DNA from: Mobula hypostoma
Lineage: Eukaryota
Assembly: GCF_963921235.1 (NCBI RefSeq)
Contig: NC_086097.1
Coordinates: forward strand, 55,554,001-55,618,000
DNA length: 64,000 bases
Direction: 5' to 3'
Below the pieces are notes generated by a model that made no database searches, had not been told where the DNA came from, and worked only from the letters and a program-made list of their open reading frames with translations. The translations under genes were made by a program, and so were the position numbers. Below, piece after piece: positions 1 through 12,339 of the stretch (its first letter is position 1; every line of letters begins with the position of its first letter).

Positions 1-885
1 GCATCTCTAGGAAGAGGTGCAGTCGACGTTTCGGGCCGAGACCCTTCGTCAGGACTAACTGAAGGAAGAGCTCGTAAGAGATTTGAAAGTGGGAGGGGGA
101 GGGGGAGATCCAAAATGATAGGAGAAGACAGGGGGGAGAGGGATGGAGCCAAGAGCTGGACAGGTGATTGTCCTTTTCCTTTTCCTTCTCCCTGGGTCTC
201 CTGTCCCATGATCCTCTCATATCCCTTTTGCCAATCATTATATACACACATTCTTTCTCTCTCTCTCCTTTTTCTCCCTGTGTCCCTCTGACTATACCCC
301 TTGCCCACCCTCTGGGTTCCCCCCGCCCCCTTTTCCTTCTCCCTGGGCCTCCTGTCCCATGATCCTCTCATATTCCTTTTGTCAATCACGATGCAGACTG
401 GGAGATCGTTTTGCTGAACACCTATGCTCTGTCCGCCAGAGAAAGCAAGATCTCCCAGTGGCCACACATTTTAATTCCACATCCCATTCCCATTCTGATA
501 TGTCTATCCACGGCCTCCTCTACTGTAAAGATGAAGCCACACTCAGGTTGGAGGAACAACACCTTATATTCCGTCTGGGTAGCCTCCAACCTGATGGCAT
601 GAACATTGACTTCTCTAACTTCTGCTAATGCCCCACCTCCCCCTCGTATCCCATCCATTATTTATTTATATACACACATTCTTTCTCTCTCTCTCCTTTT
701 TCTCCCTCTGTCCCTCTGACTATATCCCTTGCCCATCCTCTGGGTTTTTTCCCCCCCTCTCCCTTTTCCTTCTCCCTGGGCCTCCTGTCCCATGATCCTC
801 TCGTATCCCTTTTGCCAAGCAGCGTTCACCAGCAACTTTGATGTGTTTTGCTTGAATTTCCAGCATCTGCAGAATCCCTTGTGTT
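1..885. mobile_element. Rearranged Penelope-like element (Neptune-type) 3' portion: inverted terminal segment (1-170), partial 3'UTR repeats, GIY-YIG C-terminus (389-628, +), 3' tail
   Basis: ORF 359-628 (RCRLGDRFAEHL...EATLRLEEQHLIFRLGSLQPDGMNIDFSNF) is the PLE GIY-YIG endonuclease C-terminus. Near-identical to 19573-19813. Tail agcaactttgatgtg...cagcatctgcaga matches 20190-20233. Confidence 0.85.
21..56 (-). ncRNA. Minimal type-I hammerhead ribozyme motif, intact core (PLE-associated)
   Basis: Minus strand reads AGUC-CUGACGA-A-GGGUCUCGGCCC-GAAA-CGUC^GACU: stem I AGUC/GACU, CUGANGA and GAAA cores, stem II GGGU/GCCC, palindromic ACGU in place of stem III, GUC cleavage triplet. Confidence 0.75.
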
Positions 886-1416
886 AGAGTATCGTCAACA
901 GTTTTGGGCCCCATATCTCAGAAAGGATGTGTTGTCATTGGAGCGAGTCCAGAGGAGGTTCACGAGGATGATTCTGGGAATGAAGGTATTAACATATGAG
1001 GAGATTTTGGCAGCTTTGGGCCTGTACTCACTGGAATTTAGAAGAATGTGTGGGAATTTCATTGAAATCTACTGAATGTTAGAAGGACAAGATAGGGTGG
1101 ATGTGGAGAGGATGTTTCCTCAGGTAGAGTATCCAGAACTAGAGGGCACAGCCTCAAAATTGAGGGTCGACCCTTTAGAACAGAGGTAAGGAGGAATTGT
1201 TTTAGCCAGAGAGTAATTAATCTGAGGAATACTCTGCCATAGACTGTGGTGGAGGCCAATTCCGTGCGCATATTTAAGGTGGAAGTCGATCGTTTCCTAA
1301 TTGGGTAACAGCATCAAAGGATATGGCAAGAAGGAAGGTGTATGGGGTTGAGTGGGACCCAGGATCAGCCATAATGGGCTGAATGGCCTAATTCTGCTCC
1401 TATGCCTTATGGTCTT
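886..1416 (+). mobile_element. CR1-clade LINE, 3' end
   Basis: EYRQQFWAPYLRKDVLSLERVQRRFTRMI is the CR1 ORF2 C-terminus. Typical 3' tail ggcctaattctgctcctatgccttatggtctt. Confidence 0.85.
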
Positions 1417-1468
1417 AGAAGGATCTCTATATATTTTTAAAATAGCTCTCTCCTGGATTGAACTGCTT

Positions 1469-3808
1469 ACATAGAATAGTACAGCACAGTGCAGGCCCTT
1501 CGGCCCACAATGTTGTGCCGACCCTCAAACCCTGCCTCCCATATAAGCCCCCACCTTAAATTCCTCCATATACCTGTCTAGTAGTCTCTTAAACTTCACT
1601 AGTGTATCTGCCTCCACCACTGACTCAGACAGTGCATTCCACGCACCAACCACTCTCTGAGTAAAAAACCTTCCTCTAATATCCCCCTTGAACTTCCCAC
1701 CCCTTACCTTAAAGCCATGTCCTCTTGTATTGAGCAGTGGTGCCCTGGAGAAGAGGCACTGGCTATCCACTCTATCTATTCCTCTTATTATCTTGTACAC
1801 CTCTATCATGTATCCTTTCATCCTCCTTCTCTCCAAAGAGTAAAGCCCTAGCTCCCTTAATCTCTGATCATAATGCATACTCTCTAAACCAGGCAGCATT
1901 CTGGTAAATTTCCTCTGTACCCTTCCAATGCTTCCACATCCTTCCTATAGTGAGGCGACCAGAACTGGACACAATATTCCTAGTGTGGCCCAAACAGAGT
2001 TTTATAGAGCTGCATCATTACATCGCGACTCTTAAACTCTATCCCTTGACTTATGAAAGCTAACACCCCATAAGCTTTCTTAACTACCCTATCTACCTGT
2101 GAGGCAACTTTCAGGGATCTGTGGACATGTACCCCGAGATGCCTCTGCTCCTCCACACTACCAAGTATCCTGCTATTTACTTTGTACTCTGCCTTGGAGT
2201 TTGTCCTTCCAAAGTGTACCACCTCCCACTTCTCCGGGTTGAACTCCATCTGCCACTTCTCAGCCCACTTCTGCATCCTATCAATGTCCCTACAATCTTT
2301 GACAATCCTCTACACTATCTACAACACCACCAACCTTTGTGTCATCTACAAACTTGCCAACCCACCCTTCTACCCCCACATCCAGGTCATTAATAAAAAT
2401 CACGAAAAGTAGAGGTCTCAGAACAGATGCTTGTGGGACACCACTAGTCACAATCCTCCAATCTGAATGTACTCCCTCCACCACCACCCTCTGCCTTCTG
2501 CAGGCAAGCCAATTCTGAATCCACCTGGCCAAACTTCCCTGGATCCCATGCCTTCTGACTTTCTGAATAAGCCTACCATGTGGAACCTTGTCAAATGCTT
2601 TACTAAAATCCATATAGATCACATCCACTGCACTACCCTCATCTATATGCTTGGTCACCTCCTCAAAGAACTCTTTCAGGCTTGCTAGACACGATCTGCC
2701 CTTCACAAAGCCATGCTGACTGTCCCTGATTAGACCATGATTCTCTAAATGCCCATAGATCCTAACTATAAGAATCTTTTCCAACAGCTTTCCCACCACA
2801 GACGTAAGGCTCACTAGTCTATAATTACCTGGACTATCCCTACTACCTTTTTTGAACAAGGGGGCAACGTTCGCCTCCCTCCAATCCTCCGGTACCATTC
2901 CTGTGGACAACAAGGACATAAAGATCCTAGCCAGAGGCTCAGCAATCTCTTCCCTCGCCTCGTGGAGCAGCTTGGGGAATATCCGTCAGGCCCCGGGGAC
3001 TTATCCATCCTATTGTATTTTAACAACTCCAACACCTCCTCTCCCTTAATGTCAACATGCTCCAGAACATCAACCTCACTCATATTGTCCTCACCATCAT
3101 CAAGTTCCCTCTCATTGGTGAATACTGAAGAGAAGTGTTCATTGAGGACCTCGCTCACTTTCACAGCCTCCATGCACATCTTCCCACCTTTATCTCTAAT
3201 CGGTCCTACCTTCACTCCTGTCATCCTTTTGTTCTTCACATAATTGAAGAATGCCTTGGGGTTTTCCTTTACCCTACTTGCCAAGGCCTTCTCATACCCC
3301 TTTCTTGCTCTTCTCAGCCCCTTCTTAAGCTCCTTTCTTGCTTCCCTATATTCCTCAATAGACCCATCTGATCCTTGCTTCCTAAACCTCAAGTATACTG
3401 CCTTCTTCCAGCTGACTAGATTTTCCACCTCACTTGTCACCCATGGTTCCTTCACCCTACTATTCTTTATCTTCTTCACTGGGACAAATTTATCCCTAAC
3501 ATCCTGCAAGAGATCTCTAAACATCGACCACATGTCCATAGTACACTTCCCTGCAAAAACATCATCCCAATTCACACTCGCAAGTTCTAGCCTTATAGCC
3601 TCATAATTTGCCTTTCCCCAATTAAAAATTTTCCTGTCCTCTCTGATTCTATCCTTTTCCATGATAATGCTAAAGGCCAGGGAGTGGTGGTCACTGTCCC
3701 CCAGCTGCTCACCCACTGAGAGATCTGTGACCTGACCCGATTCATTACCAAGTACTAGATCTAGTATGGCATTCCCCCGGTCGGCCTGTCCACATACTGT
3801 GACAGGAA
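1469..3808 (-). mobile_element. CR1/HER1-like LINE, 5'-truncated, ORF2 disrupted (end of APE endonuclease, RT, C-terminus)
   Basis: Minus ORFs 2814-3716 (LGDSDH; KSPGPDG), 2290-2919 (WREANVAPLFKKG...SQHGF...DFSKAFDKVPH...GVPQ...FVDD), 1980-2276 and 1525-1899. 3' tail at 1469-1525. Confidence 0.93.
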
Positions 3809-3901
3809 TGCAGTGAGAAACTGTAGAAAGGTGTTAGTGTCATAACATGAGTGGAGGAAGTGCATTGCATGGACCTGATTATAATTTTCATTTGAACACC
3901 A

Positions 3902-4350
3902 TGCTCTCAATTCATGCTGTGGTGAAGAGATAAAAAAAAACACATTAGGAACAGAACCGCACCTTAAAGTAACCATATACTCTATAGTGTGCACTGGAGT
4001 TTTATTTTATTTTGAGGCAATATATAAAACCATTGAAGAACAGTCTGTTATGGAGTGATCTTCACTCAGATATTGGAATGAAAGAATACTTGGTAAGCCA
4101 CCAGCAACCCATCTCACAATTTTCCTTCAATAACAGCCTGTTCTTCAATGCAAACAATTTGGTAGTGAGATCAGAACAGTTGAGGGTGTCTACTAAACAC
4201 AGAGCTTGTGCAGACTGCTCTCAATTCATGCTGTGGTGAAAAGATAAGAAAAAACACACATTAGGAACAGAACCGCACCATAAAGTAACCATATTCTCTA
4301 TAGTGTGCACTGGAGTTTTATTTTAATTTGAGGCAATATATAAAACCATT
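3902..4350. repeat. ~133-bp direct repeat (3902-4034 and 4216-4350) flanking a spacer that contains a 20-bp inverted repeat
   Basis: Both copies read tgctctcaattcatgctgtggtgaa...gaggcaatatataaaaccatt with few mismatches. cattgaagaacagtctgtta (4031-4050) pairs with taacagcctgttcttcaatg (4131-4150). Confidence 0.9.
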
Positions 4351-5789
4351 TTCCATACTAAATTGCAGTCCAAAAATACTTAATTAAACCAAACTTTAAT
4401 TATAATTCTGAACTCTGCTGAGCATGAGCACTTAAAGAACTGGGTCTTAGATATCATCATTTCAACACAGCATTTACTCAACTTGAGAGGCAACAGTTCT
4501 CAGCAGGAATTGGTGTTTGACGTGAAAGTAATATCTCATTATCCCTGTCAATGGTATGGATGTTGATAAATGGACAAATATTTCACCTCCAGTAATTAAT
4601 GGCTAAATATGAAGTTGTCAGGGAAGTGCAGCTCAGTGGTAGAATGGAGGAAAAGTGAATTGCAGATAGATTGGTCTCTTCAGGAGGCAGAGGGAGAGAG
4701 AAGTAATATTTATGGTAATGGGGAAAGATCAGAGAAATGGGATTTACAATACTGGACTGTATTGCACTGCAAGATTACAATTCCAGTTACTGTATTTGGT
4801 AATGAGATTAAATTGTACTTGGCTGAAGTTGATGGAAGGGGATCCCTCAGTTACACACTTTTCATTTTTGAGCTGCTAGAGCTAGTGACTTTTTGAGCAA
4901 TTTCTGTTTTAAAGCCAGTCCACAGGCTTTCTGTATTGCCAATCTCTTCCATTCTTTACTCTTTCTTCTTGAAGATGTGTTTCACTGGTGTGGAAATTCA
5001 TGAATATTTCATTTATTCAATGTCTACTATTGTCTGCCTAAAATGATATGTTTCTTTTTATTTAAAGTATTTGTATTTGTATTCTCTCTCCTTTGTCTTG
5101 TCTGGGTTTTACTTTCCCTTCCTGAATTTTCCCTTTTATCTACTTCTATCAACAGTAACATACTTGGACACCTTACATTTTTCAGACCCACACAAAATGG
5201 CAGCACATCCACTATCTTCACCAACACTGATTGACATGGTACCTGGTTCCCAGCAACTCTGGTTTTTAATTTCACTAATAAATTGTAAGTTAAATTACAG
5301 ATAATTTTGATTTAAATAAAGCTTCCCCACTTTAGTAGCTGAAAACATTCAACAGGTTATCAGTAACTCAGGGGAAACATGAGCAGTAATTTAATCCTCC
5401 AGGTAAAATTACCTGTCCATTTGAAAAGCCACTGTGGAGGAGCTTATTTCCTGCAAATCTGATTTTTGTTTAGTTTTTGATTCTGACTCATAGTTTCATG
5501 CTAAATACAGAATAAGACCTGATACCAAAGTTGAGTTACCAATAATAGGGTCTTTGCGAGAGGTAGCCCAAGATACCAGTAACTGATGAAGTAGCATTGA
5601 AAGACAATTGGATATCACCATTAATTTTAGGTAAGGTTATGTGGACAATTGGTTTGTTACAACTTTCTACACTCAGTTTTATATTTTTAGATAATGAAGA
5701 ACCCTTCAATTTACTACTGGAATTATTCTATCAGTTTTTCAAAGAAAAATTTAAGAAGTGCTTTAATTCATGTGAGGAATATTGACATT

Positions 5790-6004
5790 AGCAAGTTAAG
5801 GTTCAATTCCCACCATTGTCTGTAGACAGTCCTCCCTGTGACTGCACGGATTTTCTCCAGGAGTTCCAGTTTCCTCCCATATTCCAAAGACATATGATTT
5901 AGGTTAGTAAGTTGTGGGCACGCTATGTAGGTGACATCCTCGGGCTGTGCTGGTCTTTGACGCAAACTACACACTTCATTCTATGTGTTGATGTACATGT
6001 GACA
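5790..6004 (+). mobile_element. V-SINE/HE1-like tRNA-derived SINE, split by an RTE insertion (remainder ~8330-8345)
   Basis: B-box ggttcaattccc. V-domain-like gtgactgcacggattttctccaggagttccagtttcctcccatattccaaagac. Tail atgtacatgtgaca|aacaaaactaacc matches the copy at 37491-37517. Confidence 0.7.
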
Positions 6005-8321
6005 GGGATAGGGCGCTGATGAGCCCAGAGAGCATGCAGTAGGCTTTGCAGTGAGGAGCACATTGTCGAAGATGGTGGGACCAGGCAGCAGTGGATCTGA
6101 GTAACTTATTACTCTTCACCTCAACCCCACCAAACGTCCAGTTATTCAGTGTGTGTGCTCCCACGCTGTGCTCTACATCTAAGGCAAAGGATGAGTTTTA
6201 TGAGAACCTTGCAGCCACCATCAGGAATAACCCCAGCAAGGAACATCTTGTTCTCCTGGGTGACTTCGATGCTAGGGGTGGGGCAGATCATGACGCCTGG
6301 CCCTCCTGCCTTGGTCACTGTGGCATGGGCAAGGTGAACGAGAGCAGTCAGCAATTGCTGGAGTCTGGACCTATCATAATATATGTAGTACCAACTCATA
6401 CTTCCAGATCAAAATTTCCTGGAGACACCCTCGCTCCAGACACTGACACCAGCTAGATCTGATCCTGGTCAGGCACTCCTTTCTCGGCAGTGTGCTTTCC
6501 AAACACTCCTATCATAGTGCAGTCTGCAACGTGCACCATTTGACTGCAGTCAAAGAAATTCCATTATGCTAAACAAGAGCTGATTTCAGCAAGGTGTCTC
6601 ACCCAGACCTGCTGGAGCAGTTTGCGGCCCTTCAAGAAGGAAATGAACGTCCAGCAGCCTGGTAACTCTGTCACAGAGAAATGGGTACTTCTGCAGAATA
6701 CTATTTACAGCAGAAGAAGACTTTGAAAACAAGTGATTGGCCAAATCCAAGGAGATGACCCCTGTCACTGAAGCCAAATGTGCTGCCCTAGGCGTTTGGC
6801 AGCTGAGAGGAACCTACAGATCTTTAGGGCGGCTAGAAGTAAAGTTCAGCAGACTGCCAGACACTGCGCCAACGAGTACTGGATCTAGATCAGTAGAGGT
6901 ATCCAGACCACAGCAATGACAGGCAATGTCAAGGGTATTTATGATGGCATCAAGAAAGGCCTCGCCCCCTCCTCAGAGCAAGTTAGCTCCCCTCAGATAC
7001 ATCAGTGGGGAAGTTATGACAGGCAGGGGCAAACAGATGGAGAGATGGACAGAATATTACTAAGGCCTCTACTCCAGAGTAAACAATGTCACCTCTTCAG
7101 CCCTGGATGCCTTTGAGAGCCTGGAAATGATGGGATTCCCCCAGACCTGTGCAGTACAATGGGAGCTCTTTGGAGCCCTCTGACATGAGCAGCAGCTTCA
7201 ACAAGGCTGTGTTCCTGTCCCAGTGCTGTTCGGAATCTCCTTTGTCCTTCTGAGGCACTCATTTGGCACTGCAACAGGGGGGATCTACTTCTGCACTAGA
7301 TCAGAAGGCATGCTTTTTAACTTCACCCATCCAAGAGCCAAAACCAAAGTTTGTGAGGCTATGATCAGAGACATGCTGTTTGCTGACGATGCAGCAATTG
7401 CAACCCACACTTTCAGCACCTCCAGAGCTTGATGGATCATTTCTCCCAGACCTCCTAGGAATTTGATCTATCAGCCTGAAAAAGCCAAATGTCTTGGGAC
7501 AGAGTATGGAGGCACCACCAGTCATTACCATTTATAACTCCGAACTGGATATTGTTCATCAGTTCATCATCAGTGACACAGAAATTGACAAGAGCACTGG
7601 GAAGGCTGCGACAACCCTTGCCTGTTTCACCACACGAGTCTGGGAGAACTCCAAGCTCTCAGTTAACACCAAGATGGTAGTGTACAATGCTTGTGTCATC
7701 AGGACTCTGCTGTATGGTAGCAAGACCCAAACAACGTATCAACATATGCTAAGCAGGTGAGAAGGCTCAACACTTCCGTTTAAGGTACTTTCATCACATC
7801 TTGGGCATCTCCTGGAGAGACAGAGTACCCATTCCTGAGGTCCTCTCTCATGCCAGCCTCCCTAGAGTGTACACCCTGCTCAGGCAGCATGGGCTGCACC
7901 GGCTGGGCCACGTCCACTGCACGTAGGGTAGCTGCATCGCAAAAGACATCCCCTGTGGTGAGCTGGTTTCAGGCAATAGAACTGCTGGCTGCCCATATCT
8001 CTGCTACAAGGATGCCTGCAAGTGGAACAAAAAGGTGCTGGTCATCAATAGCGAGCTCTGGGAGAAACTTGCAGTTGACTGCACCAGGTGGAAGCACTCC
8101 AAAACAATACCTTAACTCAGGCGAAGAAAAATTCCTGAAAGCAACAGAGGACAAATGGGCCCATAGAAGGCTCCAGTAGAGCTGAGATCACTGATAGAAA
8201 TGACCTTTGCAACAGAGACTGCCACTCTTGCGTGGGTTTCGTCAACCACAGATGGTCCTGCACCAACAACGTAGACAGTTAGGATGCAGCAACCGTGGTC
8301 GACCTCGACTAGTGGAGGGCT
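6005..8321 (+). mobile_element. RTE-clade LINE, degenerate with internal deletions, 8-bp TSD
   Basis: APE motifs (APTL...KDEFY...LLGDFDAR), RT motif IRDMLFADD, TKMVVYNACVIRTLLYGS. TSD atgtgaca at 5997-6004 and 8322-8329. Confidence 0.85.
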
Positions 8322-8355
8322 ATGTGACAAACAAAACTAACCATTAAGCTTTTTA

Positions 8356-9245
8356 TACCTCGGACTTCAACTACTGCACAAAGTCTTGTCATCTTCAGAA
8401 GTTTTCGGATGACTCTGCCATAGTTGGATGCATCAGCAAGAGAGATGAGGCTGAGTACAGGGCTACGGTAGAAAACTTTGTCACATGGTTTGAGCAGAAT
8501 TATCTGCAGCTTAATGTGAAAAAAACCAAGGAGCTGGTGGTAGACCTGAGGAGAGCTAAGGTACCGGTGACCCCTGTTTCCATCCAGGGGGTCAGTGTGG
8601 ACATGGTGGAGGATTACAAATGCTTGGGGATACAAATTTACAATAAACTGGACTGGTCAAAGAACACTGAGGCTGTCTACAAGAAGGGTCAGAGCTGTCT
8701 CTATTTCCTGAGGAGACTGAGGTCCTTTAACATCTGCCGGACGATGCTGAGGATGTTCTACGAGTCTGTGGTGGCCAGTGCTATCATGTTTGCTGTTGTG
8801 AGCTGGGGCAGCAGGCTGAGGGTAGCAGACACCAACAGAATCAACAAACTGATTCGTAAGGCCAGTGATGTTGTGGGGATGGAACTGGACTCTCTCGCGG
8901 TGGTGTCTGAAGAGAGGATGCTGTCCAAGTTGCATGCTATCTTGGACAATGTCTCCCATCCACTACATAATGTACTGTTTGGGCACAGGAGTACATTCAG
9001 CCAGAGACTCATTCCACCGAGATGCAACACAGAGCATCATAGGAAGTCATTCCTGCCTGTGGCCATCAAACTTTACAACTCCTCCCTCGGAGGGTCAGAC
9101 ACCCTGAGCCAATAGGCTGGTCCTGGTCCTATTTACATATTACTATTTAACTATGTATGGTTTTATTACTATTTAATTATTTATGGTGCAACTGTAATGA
9201 AAACCAATTTCCCCCGGGATCAATAAAGTACGACTACTACTACTA
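8356..9245 (+). mobile_element. Rex1/Babar-like LINE, 5'-truncated
   Basis: LQKFSDDSAIVG...KKTKELVVDLRR...NKLDWSKNTEAVYKKGQS (ORF 8516-9115). aataaa followed by (cta)n tail. Near-identical to 32556-33517. Confidence 0.88.
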
Positions 9246-9653
9246 ATGATAAGAGATCTTGTGTTATTTCTCATTAATACAAATAATTAATTTACTCCTT
9301 AGTTCAGGGGTAAGGTATCTTCATTTCTACATTATAAAAGGATCAGCACTGAATGTTAAAGTACTTCATTTAGCAAGTTCAACAACTTCAGCTCAAAGTG
9401 AATTTAGATTCAGACAGTTTAAACACTTTATTGCTGTTTCTTGCGCTTAGAACAAAGGATGGAAATGAATTATCTGCAATTTGCTGCTAATCGGTGCTCT
9501 TCAGTACTATTCATAAATCAGCATTAGATTTTAAAAAATCATATATTGCCTGTTTTAAGGTCAAACTGTTATTCCCTCTGCATTTCCCCAGATGTAGCCA
9601 ATTACATAGAAAAAATATGGAATACGATCAATTGGTTGAAATTGCCCACATGA

Positions 9654-10180
9654 CAGTACTGTGCGATGTCTTAGGGGTGTGTGTGTATATATATATAGCT
9701 AAGGTGCCTAAGACTTTTTCACAGTATTGTCAGTATTGTAGTAACTTTATGAATTGCTCTGTACTGCTGCAAAAAAAAGACAAATTTCATGACATCTGAG
9801 AGTGATGATAAACCTGATTCTGATAAGAGTCTCTATTGTGGACTGAGAGTGGGAAGGGAGTAGGGAGAGGGGAATCATTATTGGGAAAAGGGGAAGGGAG
9901 AGGAGAGTGAGCAGGAATGATCAATAAATCAATTGTTCGGAAACCAATGACCTTGCCTGGTGTCTCAGGGCTGGGTGTGTCTGCACTTGTGCCACTAGCA
10001 CTTCTCTGCCTTCTGCCCCACACCCCTCCTGCAGCGCTCTGCATCAACATTCCGAACATCCTTAGCTCCTGATCAGACTTACAAACTTGCTCGCTGCTCC
10101 ACGTTGACAAATACAGTACTGTGCAAAAGTCTTAGGCACCCTAGCTATATAGATGGGCTAAAGACTTCTGCACAGTACTG
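9654..10180. mobile_element. Tc1/mariner-type MITE with palindromic terminal modules (9654-9729 and 10114-10180)
   Basis: TIR-like cagtactgtgcaaaagtcttaggcac occurs four times in alternating orientation. The right module is flanked by TA on both sides (10112-10113, 10181-10182). Confidence 0.7.
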
Positions 10181-10369
10181 TAGAAATTCACAAGTCCTTC
10201 TAACTGATATCACCAATTAATGCTGGATAGTGATTTGGTTTATCTAACACGCCTGTAGTTAAAAATTAGATAGATATTAGCATATTGCATTTTATCTAGA
10301 TCTTTATCATCATCACAAAAAGGTATTTTTCACATGGAGTCAATCTTACTTACTGTATATATTCTTTGG

Positions 10370-10930
10370 CTGGAAAAGAGAGGATCACACAGTGGAAGTC
10401 AGGCTTGTGACTCAGCTTGCTGTAAAGGACAGAGGACTGTGTGAATGGCGATCCCTCTCAATAACCATGAGAAACCTAATCATTAGGTGCAATGGGCTCT
10501 TGGTGCTGCTGTATGTGGCACAGGGTGGCCCATCTTCTGCTCTTCTGCCTTGGAAAATACCCAAGTTGTCTTCCGGTTCATCTGATGACCCAAGATGGAA
10601 TGAACCAGACAGGTCCTGATGCAGAAGTCTATAGACAATGTGTGTGCCTAACATCATCTTCATCCTGATGACCACCTTTGTGTGTGGGTGCGTTAAGTTG
10701 TGTTTGCAACCAAAGCAATGGACACCAAGTGTTACTACCTGTCCTTCATGGAAAATTTCCTTCTGAAAAACCACCTTTGACCACAAGTCCTTCAGTCAAT
10801 GGTTAACATAGGACATCCTGTAAGTACTGCCGGAGAAGGACACACTGGACTTTAAGCTGATAGTCCTCCACATCCTCACAAGATGCCACTTAAATTAGTG
10901 AATAATAATCACTTCTGGAAAGCAGTGATG
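10370..10930 (+). mobile_element. Degenerate Tx1-like (L1 clade) LINE ORF2 fragment
   Basis: EWRSLSITMRNLIIRCNGLLVLLYVAQ and downstream TKCYYLSFMENF..KTTFDHK resemble the post-RT region of Tx1-type ORF2. Confidence 0.55.
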
Positions 10931-11145
10931 CAGCATTTAATATCTTAATGACAATGCTTTGTGGTAAAATAGCTCTTGACTTTTTGGAAATCTAGCAAAG
11001 CACTATAATCATTTGAATTATGCTAGTAAATTCCATGCAGTGTTTATGATATTCACTCTACATTTTTGTGCATTGAAATATATTATTAGTTCGGCCATAT
11101 GTAAACACAGTAATGGTAACAAGAAATTATGTTTTGTTTTGTAAT

Positions 11146-11325
11146 ACACACCAAATGCTGGAGGAATTCAGCAGGCCAGGCAGCATCTACGGGGGATAAA
11201 AAAGTGAAAGTCAACATTTCCGTCCAAGTCCCTTCTTCTGGACTAGAAATAAAGATGAGAAGTTTGAGCAAGAAGATGGGGGGAGGGGAGGAAGAAGTAC
11301 ACGGTGGGAGGTGATAGGTGATAGG
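11146..11325 (-). mobile_element. PLE terminal-repeat fragment with decayed hammerhead motif (11209-11244)
   Basis: Reverse complement of ...tagatgctgcctggcctgctgaattcctccagcattt. HHR remnant AGUC-CAGAAGA-AGGGACUUGGACG-GAAA-UGUU-GACU. Confidence 0.7.
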
Positions 11326-11605
11326 TATCTGAGTAGCCAGGGCATCAAAGGTTCTGGTGAGAAGGCGGGAGAGTGGGACTAAATGGGAGAATGGATCAGC
11401 TCATGATAAAATGGCGGAGCAGACTCGATGGGCCAAATGGCTGACTTCTACTCCTTTGTCTTATGCACTTATGGGTGTCAAAAGTTGTGGTGAAAAAGCA
11501 GGAAATTGGATTTGAAAGGGATAATAAATCAGCCATGTTGGGATGGCAGAACAGACTGAAAGGGCAGAATGGCCTAGCCCTGCTTCTATGTCTTATGAAC
11601 ATATG
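11326..11605 (+). mobile_element. Two tandem CR1 3'-tail fragments
   Basis: Two successive copies of ...tcagc(t/c)atg...ggc(g/a)ga.cagact...ggc..aatggc...ctgct.ctatgtcttatg. Confidence 0.7.
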
Positions 11606-12339
11606 GCCCAAATAACTTATGTGTAACGGAGCTGGATTATTTTGGAATAGCTTCTCTTTAGAGATCTAGAGAGGCTAAGATGCAGAAAATCAGTTTCAAA
11701 TAAAATATGATACCTTTACTTGATAAATCTTGTTCTCATTGTTTGATAAAGGAATACAAGATTTATTATTCATTTGTTGGCAGTCCAGGGTATTCCCATG
11801 GCAACATAAAATATAGTTTATATCTAGTATTCTGAGTCAGTTGATAAAAAGTCAATGGTCTGTGTTACTGGTAAAATGACAGATAATTTTCAGTGTAGTA
11901 CACAATTCTAGGTATTTGTATGCATGTCTGCTTTCAATACAGCCAAAATTCTGTATTTCTTATCTGCCATCTGACAATTTAATGAAAAAGATTCATCAAT
12001 GCAATAACATATACTTGAAAACTTTTTAAAATCAAAATTTAGAATTGTGTGAGAAGAATCTAACTGGAGTCTGATGTGGCATTTATAGAGAGAGGTTTCT
12101 TCTTTTAATTCTTCTTTTAAAATGATAGCCTCACATGGTTCTAGAAAAGTAGATCTGGCAGTACTTTTGTGAATTAATACTTGTATTTAAGTAACAAAAC
12201 TGTGCTTGACAATAAAGCCCTGTACCTTTCAATTATTATACTTTTGCAGTCATTTGAAAGATGCTTTTCAATCCCTTCAAAGAAGTATAGCCCTGTGTGA
12301 TGCTCTCAACATTGGAATACAGTGAAGAGCATCTAATGA

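Noticed and set aside
21..56. Hammerhead as evidence of an integrated viroid-like RNA or retrozyme
   Set aside because: Every motif lies in PLE-type terminal sequence, in several cases directly downstream of GIY-YIG coding remnants. There are no tandem monomer arrays or LTR-retrozyme structure.
3902..4350. TRIM/LTR mini-retrotransposon reading (repeats start TG and end near CA)
   Set aside because: No flanking TSD, primer-binding site or polypurine tract is visible. Kept only as an unexplained repeat.
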